Positions 27,302-36,028 of a DNA stretch of 40,470 nucleotides are shown here, one piece after another. Under the pieces are notes generated by a model. The model saw nothing but the letters and a program-made list of their open reading frames with translations. It did no database searches and was not told where the DNA came from. Source of the DNA: Glaciecola sp. (GTDB taxonomy: Bacteria > Bacteroidota > Bacteroidia > Flavobacteriales_C > GCA-002722245); the NCBI GenBank assembly GCA_047632015.1, contig JBLIBC010000001.1, positions 1-40,470 on the forward strand. The letters are read 5' to 3'. Within the stretch, counting starts at the first letter, position 1, and each line of letters begins with the position of its first letter. Made by a program: the position numbers and the translations under genes.

Positions 27302-29380
27302 TTACCTTGTGTAGATAATTTCAGAAACCCCCTCAAGCTTACCAACAATCCTGAATTCAGTTCTCCTATTCAATGCACGACCTTCTTCGCTGTCCGTACC
27401 GTCTGGATTTTCATTTGGTACTAGGAATTTAGTTTCTCCATATCCTTTAGCTTGCAGCCTAGCTTTGTCAACTCCTTTTCCTATTAAGTATTTTACAACC
27501 GATTCCGCTCTTCGCTGCGACAAGGATTCATTGTATATATCCGACCCTTTACTGTCAGTATGTGAACCAATTTCGATGATAATGTCTTTGTTTTGTTCAA
27601 GAATGTCTAAAAGGGTAGTGTCTATTGTGATTTTTGAGCTTTCTGTCAATCCAGCTTTATCAAACTCATAGTAGATATTTTTTATAACAATTGGCTTTTC
27701 AGTAATATGTCTCAAGCTAAAATCTTTTTTAAGGGTGTCAGATACTACCGCTCCAATAGTTGAAAACTCATAACTGTCAGATAAAGTTTGAGGATGCTGA
27801 GCTTTAAGTAAATAGTTTTTTTCCTTTTGAAGCTTTAAAAAGTATACGCCAACATCATTTGAAAAGACCTGCTTAATTAAAAACTCTTCTTTTGTCGAAT
27901 CATTAACAGCATAAAGTGACAATGTTGCATTTCTTAGCACTACTGCACTGTCAGCGTTATTGACGTTTGAATATATATCGAACAATTCTCCATTTATTGC
28001 TAAGTGAATGTATTTAGGTTCTTTGTATTCATAGATGTCATCACAACAAGTTTCATTTTTTAAAGTAATTCCACCTTTTCTATTTGATACAAAAAAGCCT
28101 TCTCCTCCTTTTTTACTTTGGATATAGTATAAATCATCGGTGCTTGAATTAATTGGTTGTCCAATGTTTTTTGGTGTTTCCCAATTTTTTAGTTTACCTG
28201 TAGTACTAAACACATCTAATCCACCAATTCCTGGCCATCCCTCAGTACTAAAGTACATTGTTTTGTTCTCATGATCATACCAGGGAGTCATTTCATCCAA
28301 CACAGTATTTATACTAGAGCCAGCATTTTTTGATTTATTCCACTCTTCCTTTTTTGGTCTGAATTCTGAATACCAAATATCTAATCCTCCTTTGTTTTTA
28401 GGGTTGTCAGAAACAAAGTATAATACTTCAGCACCATACTTATCACCTCGACCAACTGTAGGTTGCGAGGATGAGTAATCAGGACTATTTATTGCTTCAG
28501 GAAGCTTGTTAGGCTTTTGCCATTCGCCCTGTTCTTTTTTTGATTCATAAATAGCACAAATCATTTTTCCTTTTTTATTCATCGCACACCTTGAAAAAAA
28601 CATCGAAGTGCTGTCTAAATTAAAACAAGCATTACTGTTTTGCGAGCTGGAATCATTTAGTGCTTTGTAATGTATGTTGTCGAATGCCCAAATTCCTTTC
28701 TCGTCTTTTTTAGCCTTGTAAAATTGGCGTACAGGGTATTTTTTGGTGGTGTCATTTGCATCGTAATAAACTATTGTGTCAGATCGTAAGGAGCTGTATA
28801 CAAGCGTGTTTTCGTCAAGCATCAATGGCGCTGATTCAATGTGAGCCTTGTTAATTGAAGCATCTAAATGAACTACATTAATATCAGATTTTTTTGACAA
28901 CATCTCTGGTGCACCTTCACAAGTTAGCAACAGCAGTTTCACCCTTTTTTTATAAATGTTCTTGTCTTTTTCCTGGTATAGTTTTTTAAACTTTATAAAA
29001 CTTGCTATTGCGTCATCGTATTCCTGATTGTGAATTTGCATTTTAGCTAAATAGTAGTATGCTTTAGGATAGCCTTCTCCGTCTTCCTTCACCACTTGCG
29101 TGTAAGTTTCTTGAGCTTTCGTGTAATCTCTAGATAAGCGATAACTATCAGCCAAATAATATCGCACTTTTGCTTTCTCTGGCTTACTTTTCAAGTATTT
29201 TTTAAAATATTCTATCGCTCCATAGTAATCTCCACGTTTCATGGATTTTTTTCCAGCCTTCTTTAAATATTTAGGTTTGGAATTGTAGAGTTCCTCATCA
29301 ACCTGAGCTGAACCAGTCGCTGAAAATACTAAAACAAATAGTATTATAAATAAGTTTTTATAGACGGTCACACGGAACAT
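27302..29380 (-). CDS. TPR / TolB-like beta-propeller / OmpA-domain outer-membrane-associated protein
   Basis: Signal peptide ending SAQ, TPR-like YY...A helices and PD40-like WxxP repeats. The C-terminal OmpA peptidoglycan-binding block reads NIYYEFDKA...IEIGSHTDSKGSDIYNESLSQRRAESV...NRRTEFRIV. Confidence 0.9.
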   Translation of the reverse strand: MFRVTVYKNLFIILFVLVFSATGSAQVDEELYNSKPKYLKKAGKKSMKRGDYYGAIEYFKKYLKSKPEKAKVRYYLADSYRLSRDYTKAQETYTQVVKEDGEGYPKAYYYLAKMQIHNQEYDDAIASFIKFKKLYQEKDKNIYKKRVKLLLLTCEGAPEMLSKKSDINVVHLDASINKAHIESAPLMLDENTLVYSSLRSDTIVYYDANDTTKKYPVRQFYKAKKDEKGIWAFDNIHYKALNDSSSQNSNACFNLDSTSMFFSRCAMNKKGKMICAIYESKKEQGEWQKPNKLPEAINSPDYSSSQPTVGRGDKYGAEVLYFVSDNPKNKGGLDIWYSEFRPKKEEWNKSKNAGSSINTVLDEMTPWYDHENKTMYFSTEGWPGIGGLDVFSTTGKLKNWETPKNIGQPINSSTDDLYYIQSKKGGEGFFVSNRKGGITLKNETCCDDIYEYKEPKYIHLAINGELFDIYSNVNNADSAVVLRNATLSLYAVNDSTKEEFLIKQVFSNDVGVYFLKLQKEKNYLLKAQHPQTLSDSYEFSTIGAVVSDTLKKDFSLRHITEKPIVIKNIYYEFDKAGLTESSKITIDTTLLDILEQNKDIIIEIGSHTDSKGSDIYNESLSQRRAESVVKYLIGKGVDKARLQAKGYGETKFLVPNENPDGTDSEEGRALNRRTEFRIVGKLEGVSEIIYTR

Positions 29381-30377
29381 TGTAAATTTTTGACTTAGTG
29401 CTTTTAGCGATGTATATTAAGGATAGTTCAAATGCTCCACGATAATGAGAAACCGAGGATAATTCCGATGCGTTAATGTCGTAACTGATCCCTAGTTGAA
29501 ACTCTCTCACAGTTCCTCCTACTAGCAGAGTGAAGGCATCATAATTCCTTTTGAATCCGTTTCTTGATGAAAATCCGGCAAAAACATCAAACAATTCGTA
29601 TTTGTTTACAGGAACTTTATGTCTTACCATTCCTCCCCACACAATCTCTTGTGCTTTGTTTTGATGCATGAAAATTAATGTAGGAATAATTGTATTTATA
29701 TCAGACAGCTTGTAGTTTACTTTTATATCAAACAATTTCCTAAGCGGAAATGAATTTGTTTCATTGTTTAAGAAAGATTCCTTAGGAGTGTTAATGTGTA
29801 ACAACGAAAAACCTACAACAGGTTCAGCTTTATCCGTTACTTGCTTACTCCAAGAAAATCCTGCGTTGAAATCCAGGCGATAAAAGTTGCTGATGGTAAA
29901 ATTTTGGTTGTTACTTGTACTCTGGTCAAAATAACCTTCCGTCATGTTAAACTGGTTGGGATAGGTAAACTTATTAGGGTTTAAGCCTTTGTGCAGCATT
30001 CCAAACTGAACTCCTCCAGCAATTTTATGACCTTTAAACACCTTTTTATAACTAGCTGCAATTTCAAGTTTGTTCTGATTAAAATAACCTAGACTAGCTT
30101 GATCATGAATAAAATGTATTCCAACCGCAATGTCCTGGTTGAATACATTAATGTTTTGATCGTAACTAATTCCTGATGTAATGAATTGCTCTGAAACAAT
30201 AGCTGCCCACTGCGAACGATGATTTCCTACTATTCTGTAATCACCATCAAACCTACCAGTATATGCTGGATTAGTATTTAAAGGTGAAAAGTAATATTGA
30301 GTAAAGTGAATGTCTTGTGCCTTCATAGCAAAGATGGAAAGACTTAAAAATACAGTAAGTGTCCAATTTCTTACCAT
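29358..30377 (-). CDS. PorP/SprF-family type IX secretion system membrane protein
   Basis: Signature N-terminus AQDIHFTQYYFSPLNTNPAYTG and a beta-barrel-like alternating pattern to the C-terminus. Overlaps both neighbours, so it reads as an operon. Confidence 0.9.
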   Translation of the reverse strand: MVRNWTLTVFLSLSIFAMKAQDIHFTQYYFSPLNTNPAYTGRFDGDYRIVGNHRSQWAAIVSEQFITSGISYDQNINVFNQDIAVGIHFIHDQASLGYFNQNKLEIAASYKKVFKGHKIAGGVQFGMLHKGLNPNKFTYPNQFNMTEGYFDQSTSNNQNFTISNFYRLDFNAGFSWSKQVTDKAEPVVGFSLLHINTPKESFLNNETNSFPLRKLFDIKVNYKLSDINTIIPTLIFMHQNKAQEIVWGGMVRHKVPVNKYELFDVFAGFSSRNGFKRNYDAFTLLVGGTVREFQLGISYDINASELSSVSHYRGAFELSLIYIAKSTKSKIYNVPCDRL

Positions 30378-31165
30378 AAATAATTACGCCCTTTTTCCAT
30401 TATTTCCAGCATTCTATCATATTGTCCTGTTGTGAATTGATTGTCCTTACAAGGGTCATCAGTAGGCATAGACATGATGTTACAAGTAGGAGGGGTGTAG
30501 TAATCTCCATTAATATCAGCTGTAGGGACCGACAAATCACAAAAAGCATCCGTACCTGCGCCGTTGTCGGCAGGTGTGTCACAAATTAAATCTCCAGTTG
30601 TGGCACAGTTTGTTCCGTCCACTAGTTCCGTCCCGTTAGTTACTTGCTCAAAAGTGTTGAATAAACCGAAGTAGTGACCTAATATATGGGTTAATGCTAT
30701 TTCTTGCGCACAAATCTTATTAATAAAAATTGCATCTCTGTCTGATGTTTTTACAGGAGAGGTCATCTTTCCTTGAGGTCCAAATCCGCATGGGTCTGGT
30801 GATCCAATAACCTCAATCGCATAGTATATGTTAATAGTATTAGGAACATCGTACATTACGGCAATTTCCTTGTCCTCCACACCAGCTTTGATCGTGTCAT
30901 TTCTGACGTTAGGATGCACATACGTTGAACAAATATTAAATGCAGTACCTATTTTAGAAAAGTGAGTGTTGGCAATTGCGATACCTAAAGCTATGTCTGC
31001 GTCCGATACGTTCAGCTGCCCTAGCGTGTCTTCCATAATATGTATAGAAACAGAAAAAGTTTTATTGTAGGATCCGTTGACACTTTTAAACGTGATACCG
31101 TTTCCTTGTGCGAAACCAGAGCTTCCAGCTAAAGCTAAAAGTAAAAATAGTGTGATTCTTTTCAT
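30371..31165 (-). CDS. Secreted M43 (pappalysin/ulilysin)-like metzincin homolog with a degenerate zinc site; predicted pseudoprotease
   Basis: Signal peptide ...SSGFAQ. M43-like blocks LICDTPAD and PTCNIMSM. The HExxHxxGxxH motif reads H-I-L-G-H-Y-F-G-L-F-N, verified codon by codon (cat ata tta ggt cac ... aac at 30656-30688). Confidence 0.7.
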   Translation of the reverse strand: MKRITLFLLLALAGSSGFAQGNGITFKSVNGSYNKTFSVSIHIMEDTLGQLNVSDADIALGIAIANTHFSKIGTAFNICSTYVHPNVRNDTIKAGVEDKEIAVMYDVPNTINIYYAIEVIGSPDPCGFGPQGKMTSPVKTSDRDAIFINKICAQEIALTHILGHYFGLFNTFEQVTNGTELVDGTNCATTGDLICDTPADNGAGTDAFCDLSVPTADINGDYYTPPTCNIMSMPTDDPCKDNQFTTGQYDRMLEIMEKGRNYLW

Positions 31166-31176
31166 ATCCTTACGTA

Positions 31177-31184
31177 CAAAGATA
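31177..31184 (-). promoter_or_regulatory. -7 box candidate (TATCTTTG on the minus strand) for the M43-like/porP/ompA operon
   Basis: Plus-strand CAAAGATA. 11 nt separate the box from the minus-strand ATG (31165). Confidence 0.35.
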
Positions 31185-31231
31185 GCTATATATTTTATTT
31201 CTTTTTATCCTATCACAAATATTTTAATTGT

Positions 31232-31239
31232 TACATTTG
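31232..31239 (+). promoter_or_regulatory. -7 box candidate (TACATTTG) for the giant PKD/CTD gene
   Basis: TAnnTTTG match. 11 nt separate the box from the ATG at 31251. Confidence 0.35.
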
Positions 31240-31250
31240 TGGTAGTAAAA

Positions 31251-34200
31251 ATGTTTCCTGTTAAATCACATATTATAGCTTTTTTGATTGCATTGGTTAT
31301 GCCAATTGTGATGAATGGGCAAATGGAAGTTAGCCAGACAAGTGGTTGTGTGCCCCTTGCTCAAGTCAATTTTAAAAATGCTACAGCTGGCGATTGGGAT
31401 TTTGGTGATGGAGGAGGAGTTATAGCCTTTAACAAGGATTCTGTGGTTCATTCGTACGTAAATGCGGGAACTTATGAAGCAATCCTTTATCAGGGTGGTA
31501 CCACAATCGAAATTGACAGACAAACGATCGACGTTTACAACAAGCCGTCCACGGCCTTTGATTTGACTGGTAATTCAAGTGGTTGCGTGCCATTAAGTAC
31601 TAGTTTTGCTGATGCATCGGCAGGTGGTGGAGGTGTTGCTGTCGTTGATTGGAAATGGGATTTTGGTGATGGATTGGGTTCTAGTTCGGAAGATCCTAAT
31701 CACGTTTTTACTTTAGTTGGTGTTTTTGATATCTCTTTAATAGTTACTGATGCTAACGGGTGTGATTCATCTATTGTGAAAGAGAAATTTATAACTGTTA
31801 CTGAGGCTCCAACATCCTCTTTTACGACTAATCCAAATCCAGCAAACGCTTGTGTTGGACCTTTAACGGTTTCATTTGTAAATAGTTCAACCAACAGTAC
31901 TGGAGGGACTACAGAATTGACTTATACTTGGGATTTTGGTAATGGACAAACATCCACTGACGTTAATCCTGCTGCCGTAACTTATACAGCTGAAGGAACT
32001 TACGTTGTTACCTTAGAAGTTGTAGAGTCAGGAGGATGTACAGTAACTAGTTCGAGAACTGTTAATATTGGTAACCCTGTGTCAATCCCTGATTTACCTG
32101 ATACTGTTTGTATTGGTGATAGAGTGAATCCATTTGGGAACCTGTCTGTAGGTGCCAATTCGTACTTATGGAGCTTTTCGGGAGTTCCAATTTATACGTC
32201 TAAAAACCCAAGCCATACTTTTAACGTGGCTGGAGACATACAAATAACTTTGAAAGCGATCAACAGTGCCGGATGCTCTGATGACTCTACAGTTACTGTT
32301 TACGTGGAAGACCCGGTGGTTGATTTCGCTCGTACACCGACGTACTTGTGTCAGGAGCCTTATTGTTTTACTTATGATGGTCAAACAGCACAAACAAATG
32401 TTGCTTCATGGAATTGGTTATTTGGTTCGCCTTATCCTCCTTTCGGTAATACTTTTCGCCCTATAGGAATTAGTTCCGCTGAGGATACTACTTTTTGTTT
32501 TAGCATAAATGATACTTTGTACTATGATCATGATTATTATTTTCCAATTGCCGAAGTCGAAATTGTAACAACTAATGGCTGCATTGCAAGACAATCTCAT
32601 AGGGACACAATTTATCCAGTTTCAGCGTTTTTTGTACCTGATTCTTCTATGGGTTGCGCACCGTTAACTGTTACTTTTTCAGATTCAACACGTTCGCGAG
32701 AGGAGATAATTTCATGGGAATACATTTTTGGTGATGGAAGTACCTCCAATGAGCAGAATCCAAAACATACTTTTACTTCTGCGGGTGAATATGAGGTAAT
32801 ATTGATTACGGAAAACACATTAGGTTGTAGAGATACTTCATTTCCTGTTACGATACTGATAGGAGCCCCTGTTTTAATGACGTTTACCGTTGCACCTAGT
32901 ACTGTCTGTGTAGGTGATTCGGTAACTTTTACCAATACATCAGGGAGTGCAGATTTGGATTATTGGCATTATTCTACAAATAGTAACAAGTCTTCGGAAT
33001 GTGAAAAAGGTAATGTTCAAAAATGGGCCAGTTTTGATGAAGTAGGGCAGCAGGATGTTACTTTTTATGGAAATTATAACGGTTGTATTTCATCTACAAC
33101 TCAAAGCAACGCAGTAACTGTGGAAGGCCCACTTAGTAGCTTGAAATATACTGGTTTATGTGCTTCACCTTTAGATTACACCTTCATTGGTACAATACAA
33201 GGAGCAGATAGTTGGGAGTGGGATTTTGGAGATGTCAATGGAATTGGAGTTTCTTCAGATTCTACAGTGTCGCACTCATATGCCTCTAGGGGAGACTACA
33301 CTGTTTCATTAATTACTAAAAACAGCGTGAATTCTTGTGGCAACGACACGCAAAGTGTGGTAGTTAATGTACGAGAGATAACCGCAGTAATAAGTCAGAC
33401 TGACAGTACTTTGTGTGAACGCGTTGGGTACAATTTTACTGGAGAAAACTCGACTGATGTTTTTAACAATTGTTCCGATGCATACAGATGGGACATGGGT
33501 GAGAAAACAGCTCCAAGATTAAGAGGGAATTCTGAAATAGAGTTTGGATTCCCTGACTCTGGCAGTTACACAATAAGACTGATTACTTATGACATTAATG
33601 GATGTAAAGATACTACCACAAAAGATGTTAGAGTATCCAAAATTGCAGCGAAAATTGGGGCTGATAAATTAAGAGCATGTTTGTCATCAGATATAAGTTT
33701 TAGTGATTCTTCCTTTTCCGAGAACCCTATTACCAATTGGTTGTGGCTAGGTGGTAATAAGGAATATTGTTGTATTAATGATACTGTTTTTATAGAAGGG
33801 TATTATGATAATAATACAGTATGTCCATTTTGTACAGCACATAGGTGTTATGAACCTCAAGAATATTTGGGAAATGCATTATGTGATAATGACACCCTTA
33901 GTTTTGTAAAAGACACTTCTTTAACAGTTGATTCAATCACAAAAATACATCCAATTACAAAGGAAAGATTAATTCAACAAATTAGATTAGTCGTGGAGGA
34001 TTCTTGGGGATGTAGAGATACCGCAGAAGTCTTTGTTACACCGATAATTCCTGACACTAGATTCAGCGCAATAACCGATAAAACAATTTGCGCTGGCGAT
34101 TCCATTCAGTTTAAAGCTAACAATGAAAGTGCTATTAGCAATTTTAACTGGACTTTTGATGGCGTAGGAACAAGCACTAAAAAGTCGCCGTATATTACTT

Positions 34201-35867
34201 TTGATCAAGCAGATACTGTAGATGTTATTTTGTCTATCACAGATACAAATGGTTGTGTCGGTCAAGATACCGTGTTGGCTTATGTGTCGATACAAGATTA
34301 TCCAATTGCAGGATTTGATATCCTTCCTGAAGAAGATACGTTGGGTATAATATGTTACGAAGAGAGGATTTCATTTAATGACACCTCAGGAGGAGGTCCA
34401 GTGGTGTCATGGGTCTGGGATTTACAAACTGGTCAACCTGTTGTTGATTCTGCAAAAGTATTAGCAAATTTTGAAGATAAGGGAATATATAATGTGAGTT
34501 TGGAGGTAACGACGGCTTACGGATGTAAAGATAATGTCATCTCCCCCTTTGAGTTAATAGGACCTGAGGCAGATTTTGACATGAGTAAGCTGATTGTCTG
34601 TTCAGGAGACGAAGTAACTTTTACAATAAAAGATTCTTCAGACGTTGCATTTTATCTTTGGGATTTTGGTGACGGAGAAGGAATGAATAAAGTTTCACCG
34701 GTTACTCACACCTATTTGAATATCCCTACGAATTTAAAAACAGATATAATTCTTCTATTATGGGGGGAGGATTCAATATGTCCGCAAAAAGTTATAAAAC
34801 CTCTTGAATTTGAAAGAGTGCTTGCAGATTTCAATTTCCCTGAAGATACAATTTGCATGAACGAACCTTTTGTTGTTGTCAATTCCTCCATAGGAGCTGA
34901 TGTATACAATTGGACGGTAAAAAGTAAAAGTCCGAGCAGTATTATACAAAATTCAAATGCTTCGGATCCTATAATATCTGATTTTAGTACAGTAGGTGTT
35001 CATGAATTGGAGCTTATTATTCAAAATAATAGCATTGGTTGTGTTGATACTTTGATAAAGGAATTTTTAATACACCCTATTCCTTCTATATTAGCTAGAG
35101 ATACTGGTTATTGTGAAGGTGATTTGGTTACTTTATTTTCAATATCAAGTAGTTCTGGTTTGATATACAGTTGGTCTCCAGTAGGACAATTAGTCGACCC
35201 TACTAAAGCTACCACTGTGGCATATCCTGACTCAACAACTGATTATACGATTTCGGTGACGGATGCTAATAATTGTATCAATTCGGATGTGGCAAATATT
35301 TATATTCAAGAATCATTTAACCCGATTGCTTTGGATAGTTGCAGCAATGACGGTAAAGAAGGAGTTGTGATTGGTGAAATCGTTCATATAGGCATAGACA
35401 AAGGGACCGAATACACCTATAAGTGGGAAGCTTCTGAAGCTGATTTGAAGTGGTTAACCTGCACTGATTGTCCAACTCAAGATATTAAGGTGACTGAAGA
35501 AGTAGGTGAAGTAAACTATACATTGATATACACAGACTCTCTTGGTTGTTTTGATAACGAACTGACGTACAAAATATGTATTTTATCAAGCTATTCTTTT
35601 GATGTGCCAACTGCATTTACCCCCGACGGTGACGGAATAAACGACATTGTTTATTTAAGAGGTCATGGTATTACTGAAGTAATTACATTTAAGATATTCA
35701 ATAGGTGGGGTGAGCTGGTTTTTGAGTCTACGTCAATGAGTGACGGTTGGGATGGTATATACAAAGGTGTTGCTCAAAACATGGAAACCTACATTTACAA
35801 GGCTGAAGTGAGGTTTTACAATGGTAAAACTGAAAGTAAAGGTGGGTCATTGAATTTAATTCGCTAA
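31251..35867 (+). CDS. Giant cell-surface protein: about a dozen PKD-like repeats plus a gliding-motility-associated (T9SS type B) C-terminal sorting domain
   Basis: Signal peptide MFPVKSHIIAFLIALVMPIVMNGQ. Recurrent W(D/x)FGDG PKD cores: DWDFGDGGG, WKWDFGDGLGS, YTWDFGNGQTS, WEYIFGDGSTS, WEWDFGDVNG, YLWDFGDGEG and others. The C-terminus reads FDVPTAFTPDGDGINDIVYLRG...FKIFNRWGELVFES...GWDG...YIYKAEV...LNLIR. The listed TTG start at 31077 would overlap the divergent gene and is rejected. Confidence 0.9.
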   Translation: MFPVKSHIIAFLIALVMPIVMNGQMEVSQTSGCVPLAQVNFKNATAGDWDFGDGGGVIAFNKDSVVHSYVNAGTYEAILYQGGTTIEIDRQTIDVYNKPSTAFDLTGNSSGCVPLSTSFADASAGGGGVAVVDWKWDFGDGLGSSSEDPNHVFTLVGVFDISLIVTDANGCDSSIVKEKFITVTEAPTSSFTTNPNPANACVGPLTVSFVNSSTNSTGGTTELTYTWDFGNGQTSTDVNPAAVTYTAEGTYVVTLEVVESGGCTVTSSRTVNIGNPVSIPDLPDTVCIGDRVNPFGNLSVGANSYLWSFSGVPIYTSKNPSHTFNVAGDIQITLKAINSAGCSDDSTVTVYVEDPVVDFARTPTYLCQEPYCFTYDGQTAQTNVASWNWLFGSPYPPFGNTFRPIGISSAEDTTFCFSINDTLYYDHDYYFPIAEVEIVTTNGCIARQSHRDTIYPVSAFFVPDSSMGCAPLTVTFSDSTRSREEIISWEYIFGDGSTSNEQNPKHTFTSAGEYEVILITENTLGCRDTSFPVTILIGAPVLMTFTVAPSTVCVGDSVTFTNTSGSADLDYWHYSTNSNKSSECEKGNVQKWASFDEVGQQDVTFYGNYNGCISSTTQSNAVTVEGPLSSLKYTGLCASPLDYTFIGTIQGADSWEWDFGDVNGIGVSSDSTVSHSYASRGDYTVSLITKNSVNSCGNDTQSVVVNVREITAVISQTDSTLCERVGYNFTGENSTDVFNNCSDAYRWDMGEKTAPRLRGNSEIEFGFPDSGSYTIRLITYDINGCKDTTTKDVRVSKIAAKIGADKLRACLSSDISFSDSSFSENPITNWLWLGGNKEYCCINDTVFIEGYYDNNTVCPFCTAHRCYEPQEYLGNALCDNDTLSFVKDTSLTVDSITKIHPITKERLIQQIRLVVEDSWGCRDTAEVFVTPIIPDTRFSAITDKTICAGDSIQFKANNESAISNFNWTFDGVGTSTKKSPYITFDQADTVDVILSITDTNGCVGQDTVLAYVSIQDYPIAGFDILPEEDTLGIICYEERISFNDTSGGGPVVSWVWDLQTGQPVVDSAKVLANFEDKGIYNVSLEVTTAYGCKDNVISPFELIGPEADFDMSKLIVCSGDEVTFTIKDSSDVAFYLWDFGDGEGMNKVSPVTHTYLNIPTNLKTDIILLLWGEDSICPQKVIKPLEFERVLADFNFPEDTICMNEPFVVVNSSIGADVYNWTVKSKSPSSIIQNSNASDPIISDFSTVGVHELELIIQNNSIGCVDTLIKEFLIHPIPSILARDTGYCEGDLVTLFSISSSSGLIYSWSPVGQLVDPTKATTVAYPDSTTDYTISVTDANNCINSDVANIYIQESFNPIALDSCSNDGKEGVVIGEIVHIGIDKGTEYTYKWEASEADLKWLTCTDCPTQDIKVTEEVGEVNYTLIYTDSLGCFDNELTYKICILSSYSFDVPTAFTPDGDGINDIVYLRGHGITEVITFKIFNRWGELVFESTSMSDGWDGIYKGVAQNMETYIYKAEVRFYNGKTESKGGSLNLIR

Positions 35868-36028
35868 GAGGTTATCTTCGTAATATAACTGTTCCTTACT
35901 TTTTCTTTACAATTATCATTTCTTCTCACTTGTCGTCTAAGTTGCAATTCAATTAGAATCTCATATTTATTCTTGGAAAGAAGTATCTTTATGAAGTAAC
36001 TTGTGATTAGCACTTATAAACTAACATC

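Noticed and set aside
31077-31250. Upstream extension of the giant PKD/CTD ORF
   Set aside because: It starts at a TTG and would overlap the divergent M43-like gene by 89 nt. The ATG at 31251 yields a proper signal peptide and is preceded by a -7 box.
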